DNA of 57,233 nucleotides from an uncultured Rhodobiaceae bacterium (GCA_913051715.1 CAJXCG010000001.1:1-57233), one strand, 5' to 3'; positions 1 to 9,699 are shown, counted from the first letter of the stretch. A program made the numbers and translations. Notes: a model not told the origin generated them from the sequence alone.

Positions 1-39
1 TCCATATTTACAAGGTTACTGCTTATTACTGCGGAGTCA

Positions 40-126
40 TGGTGCCCAGGAGAAGACTCGAACTTCCACGCCCTTGCGGGCACTAGCACCTGAAGCTAGC
101 GCGTCTACCAATTCCGCCACCTGGGC
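40..126 (-). tRNA. tRNA-Leu (anticodon CAG), 87 nt, class II long variable arm, encoded CCA
   Basis: The reverse complement reads GCCCAGGTGGCGGAATTGGTAGACGC...CTAGC-TTCAGGT-GCTAG...GGTTCGAGTC-like T arm...CCTGGGCACCA. The acceptor stem GCCCAGG/CCTGGGC pairs perfectly. The anticodon loop is TTCAGGT. Confidence 0.9.
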
Positions 127-251
127 CACGTAACAGGGTGTTTAGAAGTCCGTGTGCGGCTTGTCAATATTGGCGCGGTGATTTTGCACTTCACGCCCAC
201 GGCTGCATGTTTTAAGACAGAGACATTATGCGTCGAAAAGAGGAGCGGTGA

Positions 252-1190
252 ATGGCTGGCACGCAAACAGGCCCTGTGGTCGTTTTTGGCGGATCGGGCT
301 TTGTGGGGCGCCATATTGTGCGGCGCCTGGCAAAGGACGGTTTCAATTTGCGCGTTGTCGTGCGGCGGCCTAATGAGGCGTTGTTTCTCAAAACAGCGGG
401 GCGCACCGGACAGATCGACCTGATGCAAGGCAATATTCGTGATGCAGCCAGCACGCGCGCGGCGCTGGCGGGTGCTTCGGGCGTCATCAATGCGGTCGGG
501 ATTTTATACGAAACCGGGCCACAAAAATTTGATGCCGTGCAAAATGCGGGGGCTGCAAATCTGGCGACGCTGGCCGCCGAACACGGCATTGACCAATTTG
601 TTCAAATCTCGGCCATCGGCGCTGACGCCACCTCGGCATCGGCTTATGCGCGCAGCAAGGCCGAGGGCGAAAACGCGGTTCTCGCCGCGTGTCCGCAGGC
701 GCATATTTTGCGCCCGTCCATTGTGGTTGGGCCGGAGGATGATTTTTTCAACCGATTTGCAACCATGGCGCAGTTGGCGCCGGCGCTGCCGCTCATTGGC
801 GGCGGGCTTACCCGCTATCAACCCGTGGGTGTCTTTGATGTGGCGCAAGCGGTTGCGGCGTGTCTGGCGGGTGCGCCGTCGGGCATTTACGAGCTTGGTG
901 GCCCGCAAATATACAGCTTCCGCGAATTGATGGAACTCATGCTGGAAAAAATCGGCAAGACCCGCCTGTTGGTGCCATTGCCTTTTGCGGCGGCAAAAAT
1001 GCTGTCACAGGTCACGCGATTTTTGCCCAATCCACCGCTGACGCCGGATCAGGTTATTTTGTTGCGCTCGGATAATATAGTCGGTCAAAATATCGGCGAC
1101 CTTGCCGCTTTGGGCGTTGAGCCCACGCCGATCGCTGCCCTGCTGGACAGCTATTTGGGGCGCTATCGCGGCGCTTCAAAAACAGTTTGA
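252..1190 (+). CDS. NAD(P)H-binding epimerase/dehydratase-fold protein, complex I NDUFA9-subunit-like family
   Basis: 312-aa ORF with an N-terminal Rossmann motif VFGGSGFVGRHIVRRL and overall similarity to the NDUFA9/NmrA-like family. AGGAG Shine-Dalgarno lies just upstream of the ATG. Confidence 0.8.
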   Translation: MAGTQTGPVVVFGGSGFVGRHIVRRLAKDGFNLRVVVRRPNEALFLKTAGRTGQIDLMQGNIRDAASTRAALAGASGVINAVGILYETGPQKFDAVQNAGAANLATLAAEHGIDQFVQISAIGADATSASAYARSKAEGENAVLAACPQAHILRPSIVVGPEDDFFNRFATMAQLAPALPLIGGGLTRYQPVGVFDVAQAVAACLAGAPSGIYELGGPQIYSFRELMELMLEKIGKTRLLVPLPFAAAKMLSQVTRFLPNPPLTPDQVILLRSDNIVGQNIGDLAALGVEPTPIAALLDSYLGRYRGASKTV

Positions 1191-1198
1191 AAAGCGGT

Positions 1199-2008
1199 TT
1201 AGCCCAGCAAAAAGAGCAGACCAATGCCGAGGCCAATACGGTAAATAACGAACGGCAACAGACCGATGCGTCGCGTCATTTTCAAAAATAGGTGAATGGT
1301 GACAAAGGCAAACAAACCGGCCAGAACAGCCGCGAATAACGCGGTACCCAAAGCCTGATACGCGCCCGATTGCAGCAAATCAACCAAGCCCACCAGCGCA
1401 AAAGCGGCGATCACAGGCATGGCGAGCAGCATGGAAAAGCGCGCCGCTTGTGTGCGGTCAAAACCCAAAAACAACCCCGCCATAATGGTGACGCCAGCCC
1501 GACTGGCACCGGGGATGAGGGCCAGCATTTGCGCCAGCCCGATAAGCAGCGCTTGGCGCGACGAGACGGGCGTGGGCGGCTCGGTTTCAGATGCGGCGGG
1601 CGGTGCTTTGCGGTCGGCAAGCCATAGCGGAATGGCAAAAACAATACTGGCCCAAGCCACGATTTCCGGTGCGCGCAAGCGATCGGTGGCGCCCGACAGC
1701 ACCAAGGCGGCACCCGCCAGCAAAACCGGCAGGCTGGCGATTGCCAGCACGCGCATCAAATGTGCCGACGAACTGGCTTGGCGCCGAGCGAGGTCGCGCG
1801 CGCCCATCAGCATGAGCCGCACATCGCGGTGGAAATAGGCCATCACCGCCAGCAAAGTGCCCGCATGCAGCGCCACATCAATAACCAGACCATGGTCGGG
1901 ATAGGCGGTCAGCCCGTGAACCAGTTGCAAATGCCCCGAGGAGCTGACCGGCACAAATTCGGTGATGCCCTGAATGGCGGCGAGCAATAAGAGATGATCC
2001 AGTCCCAT
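1199..2008 (-). CDS. uppP: undecaprenyl-diphosphate phosphatase (BacA/UppP)
   Basis: 269-aa polytopic membrane ORF carrying the UppP signature GITEFVPVSSSGHL near the N-terminus and PGASRAG in the middle. Confidence 0.9.
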   Translation of the reverse strand: MGLDHLLLLAAIQGITEFVPVSSSGHLQLVHGLTAYPDHGLVIDVALHAGTLLAVMAYFHRDVRLMLMGARDLARRQASSSAHLMRVLAIASLPVLLAGAALVLSGATDRLRAPEIVAWASIVFAIPLWLADRKAPPAASETEPPTPVSSRQALLIGLAQMLALIPGASRAGVTIMAGLFLGFDRTQAARFSMLLAMPVIAAFALVGLVDLLQSGAYQALGTALFAAVLAGLFAFVTIHLFLKMTRRIGLLPFVIYRIGLGIGLLFLLG

Positions 2009-2104
2009 GGCGCCAAGCTAGCCAGATTGGTGGCGGGGCGGCAAGTTTTTTCCGGCCCGGACTGTGCACTTGCGGCAGACGGGGCGTCGGCTTAGTTTGG
2101 GGAT

Positions 2105-2782
2105 ATGGCAAGTCTTTTTCATCAGCCGGTCTGCCCGTTTTCGCGCAAAGTTCGTCTGGTGCTTGGCGAAAAAAAATTCGCCGTGGAATTTGTTGAAGAA
2201 CGCCCGTGGGAACGCCGCCTCGATTTCTTGATGCTGAACCCGTCGGGCGAAGTGCCGGTACTGGTCGGCGATGCGGGCACGATTGCCGGGCATTACGCGA
2301 TTACCGAATGGCTTGAGGAAAAGGGCGGTGCCTTGCCGCTCCTGCCGTCGGGCGGGCTGGCGCGCGCCGAAGTGCGCCGCCTGATCGCCTGGTTTGATGA
2401 CAAGTTTCACAACGAAGTCGGTCGTCTCATTACCTATGAAAAAATCGACCGACGGTTTATGGGCGCCAGCGCCGGCGGCGGGGGCCCGGACATGGAAACC
2501 GTCCGCATCGGGCTGCACAATCTTGGACTGCATCTGGAATATCTGACGTTTCTGCTGGAACAGCGCAACTGGTTGGCCGGCGAAGATATTTCGATTGCCG
2601 ATCTGACGGCGGGCGCGCATTTGTCATGTCTGGACTTTACGGGCGATGTGCCGTGGAAGTCTTGGCCGGTGGTGCGCGACTGGTATGCACGCATCAAATC
2701 GCGGCCCAGTTTTCGGCCCCTGCTGGCTGATAATGTCGCGGGATTGCGCCCGCCGGCCTATTATGCCGATCTGGATTTTTAG
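2105..2782 (+). CDS. glutathione S-transferase family protein
   Basis: 225-aa ORF. The N-terminal thioredoxin-like GST fold starts [15 protein letters not shown] and is followed by a C-terminal alpha-helical GST domain. Confidence 0.75.
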   Translation: MASLFHQPVCPFSRKVRLVLGEKKFAVEFVEERPWERRLDFLMLNPSGEVPVLVGDAGTIAGHYAITEWLEEKGGALPLLPSGGLARAEVRRLIAWFDDKFHNEVGRLITYEKIDRRFMGASAGGGGPDMETVRIGLHNLGLHLEYLTFLLEQRNWLAGEDISIADLTAGAHLSCLDFTGDVPWKSWPVVRDWYARIKSRPSFRPLLADNVAGLRPPAYYADLDF

Positions 2783-2790
2783 GACATATC

Positions 2791-3936
2791 ATGGCTGTCA
2801 ACTCCGACGCAAAAACCGCCGCTTTTGTCGATGCGCTGCACCAGGCCGCGCGCCGCGAGGGTTTTGATATTTGCCGCATTACGCACCCGCACGCCATTCC
2901 TCAAGCCCTCGAACGCCTGCGCGCTTTTCTCGATAATGGCTATCACGGCGACATGGACTGGATGGCGCGCGACCCCGAGCGGCGCGCGGATCCGGCGGAG
3001 TTATGGGAGCAGGTGCAATCGGTGATTATGCTCGGCATGAATTACGCGCCGGCGGAAAACCCGCTGCCCGATTTGCGCGCGCGCGACCGCGGCGTTATTT
3101 CGGTTTACGCGCAGCGGCGCGATTATCACGATGTCATAAAGAAAAAACTCAAAAATCTGGCGCGCTGGGTGGTCGCGCAAGCAGACGCCGATGTGAAAGT
3201 TTTTGTCGATACCGCGCCCGTGATGGAAAAACCGCTGGCCGAGGCCGCAGGTATCGGCTGGCAGGGCAAGCATACCAATCTCGTCTCGCGCGATTTCGGT
3301 TCGTGGCTGTTTCTGGGCAGTATTTTCACCACCGCCGCGCTGCCTGCCGATGCGCCTGAAACCGACCATTGCGGCGCGTGCCAGGCGTGCGTTGATATTT
3401 GTCCCACCAAGGCGTTTCCCGCGCCCTATAAGCTGGACGCGCGCCGCTGCATTTCTTATCTGACCATCGAGCATAAAGGCACGATCCCCGTCGAGTTTCG
3501 CGCTGCTATGGGCAATCATATTTATGGCTGCGATGATTGCTTGGCGGTTTGCCCGTGGAATAAATTTGCCCAGACCGCGCGCGAGGCCAAGCTTGCGGTG
3601 CGCGCGGATTTGAAATTACCCGAACTGGAAATGCTCGTGCAATTCGATGACCCCGCCTTCCGCGAGTATTTTTCCGGCTCGCCCATCAAGCGCACCGGGC
3701 GCGATCGCTTTGTGCGTAATGTGCTGATCGCGGTGGGCAATATGGAAACAATCAGCGCCACGATGCAGGCCCGCATCGAGGCCTGTCTGGATGATGACGC
3801 GCCAGCTGTGCGCGCCATGGCGGTTTGGGCGCTGGCGTGCCATGACCAAGCGCGCGCGCGCGACTTGGCGAAAAATCGTCTGGCCGATGAAGCCGATGAT
3901 GCGGTGCGTGCGGAATGGCTGGCGGTGGCCTCATGA
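2791..3936 (+). CDS. queG: tRNA epoxyqueuosine(34) reductase
   Basis: 381-aa ORF with two ferredoxin-type clusters ([13 protein letters not shown] and [13 protein letters not shown]) and a C-terminal HEAT-like repeat region typical of QueG. Confidence 0.9.
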   Translation: MAVNSDAKTAAFVDALHQAARREGFDICRITHPHAIPQALERLRAFLDNGYHGDMDWMARDPERRADPAELWEQVQSVIMLGMNYAPAENPLPDLRARDRGVISVYAQRRDYHDVIKKKLKNLARWVVAQADADVKVFVDTAPVMEKPLAEAAGIGWQGKHTNLVSRDFGSWLFLGSIFTTAALPADAPETDHCGACQACVDICPTKAFPAPYKLDARRCISYLTIEHKGTIPVEFRAAMGNHIYGCDDCLAVCPWNKFAQTAREAKLAVRADLKLPELEMLVQFDDPAFREYFSGSPIKRTGRDRFVRNVLIAVGNMETISATMQARIEACLDDDAPAVRAMAVWALACHDQARARDLAKNRLADEADDAVRAEWLAVAS

Positions 3937-4799
3937 CCCGTTCGCAAGACCAGCACATATTGTTTTTCGGTTTCGGCTTTTGCGCTGCGGCGCTGGCACC
4001 GCTTTTGGCGCGCGCCGGCTGGCAGATGAGTGCCACCTTGCGCGACCGCGCGCGTGCGCCGGAACTTGAGCAGGCCGGCGTTGCCCCGCTTTATCTGGAT
4101 ACGGATTTGCAGATGCGCGATTATTCGCATGTTTTGGTTTCCGCGCCACCGGCGCGCGCGGGCAACGACCCGGCCTTTGACTTTCTGAGCCCGCGCCTTG
4201 CAAAACCCGCGCTCTCATGGATCGGATATTTGTCAACCACAGGCGTATATGGCGACCATAATGGTGCGTGGATCGACGAAGAAACCCCGCCGGGCCCGCG
4301 CGGTGCGCGTGGGCAAAGGCGTGCGACGGCTGAACAACGCTGGTCTGATTTCGCCGAAACCCATGGCTTTGCCGTTCAGCATTTTCGCCTCGCGGGAATT
4401 TACGGGCCGATGCGTAATGCGCTGAGCAGCCTAAAAGCGGGCACGGCGCGGCGCATTGACAAGCCGGGTCAGGTGTTTTCACGTATTCACGTGGACGATA
4501 TTGCCAAAATTCTGTTTGCCGCGCTGCACAGCGATATTGGCACGCGCAATTTCAGCGTGTGCGATGATGAACCGGCACCGCCCGCCGAGATTATTGCTTA
4601 TGCGGCGGCGCTTTTGGGGGTTGACCCACCGCCCGTGCAGAAATTTGCGGACGCCGATTTGTCGGATATGGCGCGCAGCTTTTACGCAGAAAACAAGCGC
4701 ATCCGCAATGACCGCATAAAAACCGAACTGGGGGTTACGCTGACTTACCCCACTTACAGGGAAGGCTTGAACGCGCTGTTCAAAAGCGGCGCGTTTTAA
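3933..4799 (+). CDS. NAD-dependent epimerase/SDR-fold oxidoreductase family protein
   Basis: The ORF shows a Rossmann-like start [10 protein letters not shown] and a later motif FRLAGIYGP typical of extended SDRs. The ATG at 3933 overlaps the queG stop (ATGA). An alternative ATG lies at 3915. Confidence 0.6.
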   Translation: MTRSQDQHILFFGFGFCAAALAPLLARAGWQMSATLRDRARAPELEQAGVAPLYLDTDLQMRDYSHVLVSAPPARAGNDPAFDFLSPRLAKPALSWIGYLSTTGVYGDHNGAWIDEETPPGPRGARGQRRATAEQRWSDFAETHGFAVQHFRLAGIYGPMRNALSSLKAGTARRIDKPGQVFSRIHVDDIAKILFAALHSDIGTRNFSVCDDEPAPPAEIIAYAAALLGVDPPPVQKFADADLSDMARSFYAENKRIRNDRIKTELGVTLTYPTYREGLNALFKSGAF

Positions 4800-4801
4800 A
4801 T

Positions 4802-5602
4802 TCAGGCGGGCCTTTCCAAAAGGTCTTCGATCAGCCCGATGAGCGCAGCGATTTGGTGCGGTTCGGAAAGGCGATGATCGCCGCCTTTCAAAAAATGCAG
4901 TTCGACATCATCTGTAGCCAAGCTTTCAGCAAACTCGAGCGATAATTGCCATGGCACGGCTGTGTCTTGTTGTCCGTGAAGAATACGCACCGGAACGGAA
5001 ATATCGATGGTGTCGCCCAACACCAAATGCTCGCGCCCGTCCAATATCAAATTCTGCGTGATCGGATAGCCTTCGGGGTCATACTCTGACGGGTCGTAAA
5101 TCAGCCCCTCGCTTTCAAGTTTTGCGCGCGCGCGGTCGGAAAACCTGTCCCACATCAGGCGTTCGGTCATGTCGATGGCGGGCGCAATCAACACCAGACC
5201 GGCGACCCTGTCGGGGCGGTCGAGCGCGGCCAGCGTTGACAGCCAACCGCCGAAGCTGGAGCCGACCAGAATTTGCGGGCCGTGCGTCAGCGTGTCGAGA
5301 ATATGGGGAATGTCGCCGCGCCAATGGCTGATGGTGCCGTCGGTAAATTCGCCGGTGGAACTGCCATGGCCGAAATAATCAAAGCGCACAAAGCCTTGCT
5401 TGCGCTTTGCGGCCCAGTCTGCAAGCGCTAGGGCTTTGGTGCCGCCCATGTCAGAGCGGAAACCGCCGCAAAAAACAACCCCGGGAATGTTTGGCGCAGC
5501 GCCGTTGGTTTGGGCGCTGTAAGCGAGGCGCTGCGGGCCCAAATCGGCGTGTTGGCGTTCGGTGAAATCGGGTGAAAAATCGGAGCCAGAGGTCTGGGTC
5601 AT
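4802..5602 (-). CDS. alpha/beta-fold hydrolase
   Basis: 266-aa ORF with nucleophile elbow GSSFGG and a C-terminal GGDH motif around the catalytic His region. Confidence 0.7.
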   Translation of the reverse strand: MTQTSGSDFSPDFTERQHADLGPQRLAYSAQTNGAAPNIPGVVFCGGFRSDMGGTKALALADWAAKRKQGFVRFDYFGHGSSTGEFTDGTISHWRGDIPHILDTLTHGPQILVGSSFGGWLSTLAALDRPDRVAGLVLIAPAIDMTERLMWDRFSDRARAKLESEGLIYDPSEYDPEGYPITQNLILDGREHLVLGDTIDISVPVRILHGQQDTAVPWQLSLEFAESLATDDVELHFLKGGDHRLSEPHQIAALIGLIEDLLERPA

Positions 5603-5723
5603 GCGCCGCTCATTGGTTTACAATCTGTCAACCGGTGTATAGCATATTTTCTGTGCTGGGGCGCAGATTACGCCTGGCGAGTGTGAAGATTGGGCCTGCT
5701 GGCCGTGAAAAGAGTTCCCGCAT

Positions 5724-6914
5724 ATGGTGTCACCGCAAGCCTACCCAGATCTGACGGGGCTTACCGTCGCGCAAATTATTCCTCGGCTGAATGTTGGTGG
5801 TGCGGAAACGACCACGGTTGAGATTGCACGCGCGTTACGCGCGGCCAATGCCCGGGCGCTTGTCGTCAGCGAAGGCGGCGCGCTGGCCGATGCGCTGGAG
5901 TCGGCGGGCGCGCAACTGGTCGATATGCCGGTCGCGTCAAAAAATCCGATCGTGATGGCCGCCAATATCCGCCGTTTGCGGCGTCTGGTTGCGGCGGAAA
6001 AAATTGATCTGCTGCACGCGCGCTCGCGCGCACCCGCCTGGTCGACACTGGCCGCGGCGCGCGCCACGCAGACGCCGCTGGTGACGACCTATCACAGTTT
6101 GGTGCATGAAGGCCCGCGTCCGAAGGTTTGGTATAATTCGGTGATGGCGCGCGGCGATGTGGTGATTGCCAATTCGCAATATACTGGCGAGATGATCCGC
6201 CATGTGCATGGGGTCAAGGATGCCCGTCTGCGCGTGGTGGCGCGCGGGTGTGATGTTTCGGCGCTTGCGCCGGAAAATATCAGCGCCGATATGCGCGCCG
6301 ACCAACGTCGCGCCTGGGGCGCATTGGCGGATGATTTTGTGATTTTGTGTCCGGCCCGCATTACCGAGGTGAAGGGCCAACATATTTTGCTCGACGCGGT
6401 GGCGCAGTTGCCGCAGGACGCACGACCATTTGTCGTTTTTGCCGGCAGCGCCGACGAACGCGCCGAATATTTTGCATCGCTTGAGCGGCAGGTCACACAA
6501 ACGCAGTTAACCGCGCGAGTGCATTTTGCCGGACTGGTGCGCGATATGGCGCGCGCTTACGGGGCGTGCGATCTGGCGATTGTGCCGACGATACGCAGCG
6601 AACCGTTTGGCCGCACCATCGTTGAAGCGCAAGCCGCCGGTCTGCCGGTGATCGCCAGCGATGCCGGCGGATACCGTGAGACAGTGATTGCGCGCGCCCC
6701 CGAACAAGGCGGTACCGGATGGCTGGTGCCGCCCGATGATAGCTCTGCGCTGGCGCGTGCCGTAGAAGCGGCGATGGGCCAAAGCGCGACGGCGCGCGCG
6801 CAAATGGTGTCGAACGGGCGCGCGCATGTTCAGGCAAATTTCCGCCAAGAAGTAATGTGCGCGAAAACGCTGGACATTTATGCCGAACTGACGGGTCGGG
6901 CGTGGCCGGGGTAA
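5724..6914 (+). CDS. glycosyltransferase family 4 (GT-B, GT1-type) protein
   Basis: 396-aa ORF. It has the N-terminal motif PRLNVGGAETT and a C-terminal EPFGRTIVEAQAAGLPVIAS motif (EX7E-type region) typical of GT4 enzymes. Confidence 0.8.
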   Translation: MVSPQAYPDLTGLTVAQIIPRLNVGGAETTTVEIARALRAANARALVVSEGGALADALESAGAQLVDMPVASKNPIVMAANIRRLRRLVAAEKIDLLHARSRAPAWSTLAAARATQTPLVTTYHSLVHEGPRPKVWYNSVMARGDVVIANSQYTGEMIRHVHGVKDARLRVVARGCDVSALAPENISADMRADQRRAWGALADDFVILCPARITEVKGQHILLDAVAQLPQDARPFVVFAGSADERAEYFASLERQVTQTQLTARVHFAGLVRDMARAYGACDLAIVPTIRSEPFGRTIVEAQAAGLPVIASDAGGYRETVIARAPEQGGTGWLVPPDDSSALARAVEAAMGQSATARAQMVSNGRAHVQANFRQEVMCAKTLDIYAELTGRAWPG

Positions 6915-7246
6915 GCGAGCCTGGCGGATGTCTGCTGGTGGGGCTTGGCGCACCGCGCGGGGCGTTGGCTGAAGCGATCGCCCGCCGCCGCGATGATGTG
7001 TCGCTGACGGTGCTTATCAGCCCCGCGCAGCAGGGCGAGGCGCATGATGCCGACGAAATATGGGTGTGCACGCGGCTCGGGCCGGTTGGCTTCATCGCCC
7101 TTATCCGGCGCATTTCGTGGCGTCGGTTCGAGCGTGTAGACCAGTTGCATCCGGGCACATTTGGCTGGCTCAAATATTGTGTCTGGCCGCGTCCGCCATG
7201 GTTCTATGTCACCGCACATGGTGCGCCGGAGACCTTTCGGGCATAA
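6857..7246 (+). pseudogene. possible remnant or short derivative of a glycosyltransferase family 9 (heptosyltransferase-like) N-terminal domain
   Basis: 129-codon ORF (GTG start in the track) with coding-like GC3-rich codon usage. The segment LLVGLGAPRGALAEAI...SLTVLISP...[12 protein letters not shown]...WPRPPW resembles the N-terminal half of GT9 enzymes (ILVxKLGALGD...FDxVxDLQ). It stops after about one third of the normal GT9 length and lacks the GD dipeptide. Confidence 0.3.
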
Positions 7247-7254
7247 ATTTGGCG

Positions 7255-7282
7255 TTGACTTCTCCGCATACTCGCCTAAACC
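7255..7282 (+). promoter_or_regulatory. candidate sigma70-type promoter upstream of infC
   Basis: TTGACT (7255-7260), 16-nt spacer, TAAACC (7277-7282), about 50 nt upstream of the proposed infC start. Pattern match only. Confidence 0.25.
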
Positions 7283-7334
7283 TTGGCATCAGAACCCGCA
7301 AGGGTGTTGGATTAATTGCAGAAGGAATAAGCCC

Positions 7335-7877
7335 ATCGCACGCAGACCACTCGCCGCGCCGCCGTCCCGCGAAGGACCACGCATTAACGGCATGATAACT
7401 GTCCCCAAAGTACTTGTAATTGGCGCCGATGGCGAAAAACTGGGTGTGGTCGACACGGACTCGGCTCTTGCCATGGCCGAAGAAGAAGGGCTTGACCTTG
7501 TCGAAGTGTCGCCAAATGTCTCGCCGCCTGTGTGCAAAATTCTGGATTATGGCAAGCTGAAATATCAAGAACAGAAAAAAGCCAGCGAGGCGCGCAAGCG
7601 CCAAAAAACCGTCGATGTTAAGGAAATTAAAATGCGTCCGAATATCGACAAGCATGATTACGATGTGAAAATGCGAAGCGTCACCAAATTCATTGGCGAG
7701 GGCGACAAGGTCAAAGTGACCATGCGGTTTCGGGGTCGCGAAATGGCGCACCAAGAACTGGGCATGCAAGTGCTGACCCGCGTGCGCGAAGAGGTTGATG
7801 AAATTGCCAAGGTTGAGGCCAGCCCCAAGCTGGAAGGCCGGCAAATGATGATGGTACTGGCCCCGCGCACCTCGTAA
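7335..7877 (+). CDS. infC: translation initiation factor IF-3, probable non-AUG (ATC) start
   Basis: Strong IF-3 similarity: [68 protein letters not shown]. The conserved RING-x-I block lies upstream of the first in-frame ATG, so initiation must be non-AUG. ATC at 7335 sits 8 nt after GAAGGA. An alternative ATT lies at 7311. Confidence 0.85.
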   Translation: MARRPLAAPPSREGPRINGMITVPKVLVIGADGEKLGVVDTDSALAMAEEEGLDLVEVSPNVSPPVCKILDYGKLKYQEQKKASEARKRQKTVDVKEIKMRPNIDKHDYDVKMRSVTKFIGEGDKVKVTMRFRGREMAHQELGMQVLTRVREEVDEIAKVEASPKLEGRQMMMVLAPRTS

Positions 7878-7889
7878 TTTTTCAAAACC

Positions 7890-8840
7890 CTAGCTTTGGG
7901 CGTCGGGCAGTTGCAGCATTATGTCCGGTCGGTCGGTTATTATTGCGCTTACGCCAAGGCGCGCCAGTCGCGCCATTTCCGCTGGCGCGTTGACCGTCCA
8001 GGCGGACACGCCAATGTTTAGCCGAGCCGCGCAAGCCAGCGTTTCGGGTGTAATGTCTGCGTGATAAGCAAACCAGTGCTGCCCGCCGGCAGCGGCAATG
8101 GCAGCCAGCATTTTTTCGCCATGCGTTTGGCCCGGTTTGTCGCGCCAGTCGTGTTTGCCGAACCAAGCGGCACCCGCTGCGGCGGCGGCGCGCAACTGCG
8201 CGCGCGGGCCCGAGAGCGGGTTTTTATCGGCTGTTGCGGGGTCCGTTATGAAAAACGGCAAGGTTGTGTAGGCGTGCGGCTGGTCAGGAAAAGCGGCGCG
8301 CACATGGTCGACGCAGCGCCAGTCAAACGAAATAATATGCGTGCGGTCGCTGATCGGCGAACTGGCGAGGCTGGTACAAAACAGATCCGCCAGATGATGC
8401 GCGGCGGCGTCCGTATCATCGAGCAAATGAGTTTTCAGTTCGGCATAAAGTCGGAAGTCGGGCCCGGCGCGGGTGGCAATCAGCTTGTTCAGCGCGTCCA
8501 AAGCCGGAATATGCGCGCCGTCGATCGGCACTTGTCCGGTTCGGGTTTTTGCATAGGCGCTGTCGGGGTGCAGCCGCCCGACATCGAGCGCGTCCAGTTC
8601 GCGCAATGCCAGGTCGCGCAGGCGGGGTGTGGGCGCGCTTAGCCAGCGCCCATTTTGGCGGGTTGCCGCGGGCTTCAGCCGATCGTCGTGATGGATGATG
8701 AGCGCGTCATCGCGGGTGCGCTGAATGTCACATTCTATCCCGTCGACCCCGGCATGAATGGCGTTTTCAAAGGCGTCCAGCGTGTTTTCAGGCCATAAAT
8801 TGGCGCCGCCGCGATGGGCAATGTTTAAAGGCCGGTTCAT
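7890..8840 (-). CDS. glycerophosphodiester phosphodiesterase family protein
   Basis: 316-aa ORF with the GDPD signature NIAHRGG...WPENT...GVDGIECDIQ...HHDDRL. Confidence 0.85.
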   Translation of the reverse strand: MNRPLNIAHRGGANLWPENTLDAFENAIHAGVDGIECDIQRTRDDALIIHHDDRLKPAATRQNGRWLSAPTPRLRDLALRELDALDVGRLHPDSAYAKTRTGQVPIDGAHIPALDALNKLIATRAGPDFRLYAELKTHLLDDTDAAAHHLADLFCTSLASSPISDRTHIISFDWRCVDHVRAAFPDQPHAYTTLPFFITDPATADKNPLSGPRAQLRAAAAAGAAWFGKHDWRDKPGQTHGEKMLAAIAAAGGQHWFAYHADITPETLACAARLNIGVSAWTVNAPAEMARLARLGVSAIITDRPDIMLQLPDAQS

Positions 8841-8930
8841 GCATTAAATGTCCTTATACGCCGAGATGGTGCCGCTCGCGCCTTGCAGCGTCAAGCACAC
8901 CATTTGAAGCATTTTATTATTTCGAGATTC

Positions 8931-8958
8931 TTGCATTTTTCGTCAGGATGCGTATAAG
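8931..8958 (+). promoter_or_regulatory. candidate sigma70-type promoter for rpmI-rplT(-pheST)
   Basis: TTGCAT (8931-8936), 16-nt spacer, TATAAG (8953-8958), about 95 nt upstream of the rpmI ATG. Pattern match only. Confidence 0.3.
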
Positions 8959-9053
8959 TGCCGCTGTTCATACGCACGTATGAAAAAAATCGGCTGGCTG
9001 AAAAGGGCTGCCAGGCCGGTTTAAAAGGTCAACTCGAACGAAGGAATTGCGAA

Positions 9054-9251
9054 ATGCCCAAAATGAAAACCAAAAGCGGTGCTAAAAAGCGGTTTAAGCT
9101 GACAGCATCGGGGAAGGTTCGTGCCGGCCAGGCGGGCAAACGCCACGGCATGATCAAACGTACCAATAAACAAATCCGTAATCAGCGCGGCACGGCGGTT
9201 CTGTCCGAACCCGATGCGCGTATCGTACGGAAATTTCTGCCAAACGGTTAG
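9054..9251 (+). CDS. rpmI: 50S ribosomal protein L35
   Basis: [22 protein letters not shown]... is a canonical L35 N-terminus. The ATG at 9054 lies inside the longer track ORF 8958..9251. Confidence 0.95.
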   Translation: MPKMKTKSGAKKRFKLTASGKVRAGQAGKRHGMIKRTNKQIRNQRGTAVLSEPDARIVRKFLPNG

Positions 9252-9260
9252 GGGGCGCAA

Positions 9261-9617
9261 ATGTCTCGTGTGAAACGCGGCGTGACGTCCCACGCACGTC
9301 ATAAAAAAGTTCTTGCCAAGGCCAAAGGTTATTACGGCCGGCGCAAAAATACCATTCGTGTTGCCAAACAAGCGGTCACCAAGGCCGGGCAATATGCCTA
9401 TCGCGATCGGCGCACGCGCAAGCGCAATTTCCGCGCCTTGTGGATTCAGCGCATCAATGCCGCCTCGCGCATGCATGGTTTGCCCTATGGTCGGTTTATC
9501 GACGGGCTGGGCAAAGCCGGTATCGAGGTCGACCGCAAAGTGCTGGCCGACCTTGCCGTGCACGAACCGGCAGCCTTTGAGGCGCTGGTCGGCAAAGCCC
9601 GCGAAGCACTCGGTTAG
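9261..9617 (+). CDS. rplT: 50S ribosomal protein L20
   Basis: [30 protein letters not shown]... is a canonical L20 sequence. Confidence 0.95.
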   Translation: MSRVKRGVTSHARHKKVLAKAKGYYGRRKNTIRVAKQAVTKAGQYAYRDRRTRKRNFRALWIQRINAASRMHGLPYGRFIDGLGKAGIEVDRKVLADLAVHEPAAFEALVGKAREALG

Positions 9618-9662
9618 TCACGGGTTTAAGGTGGATTTGCGTGTCGTGTGCGCGCCAATCTT

Positions 9663-9699
9663 GTGGCATAAGAGTCTCGTGGCATAAGCGGTTTATGCC
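9663..9699 (+). promoter_or_regulatory. direct repeat plus hairpin in the rplT-pheS spacer (possible leader structure)
   Basis: GTGGCATAAG occurs twice (9663-9672 and 9679-9688). Either GGCATAA copy can pair with TTATGCC (9693-9699). The hairpin ends 4 nt before the pheS AGGAG. No U-tract follows it. Confidence 0.3.

Noticed and set aside
6493-7219. Minus-strand ORFs 6493-7173 (226 aa), 6507-6953 (148 aa) and 6878-7219 (113 aa) in or near the GT4-infC gap
   Set aside because: They are mostly antisense to the GT4 gene or to the coding-like plus-strand ORF. Their sequences are Arg/Pro/Ala-rich with no motifs. The plus-strand frame has the better codon usage and a family resemblance.
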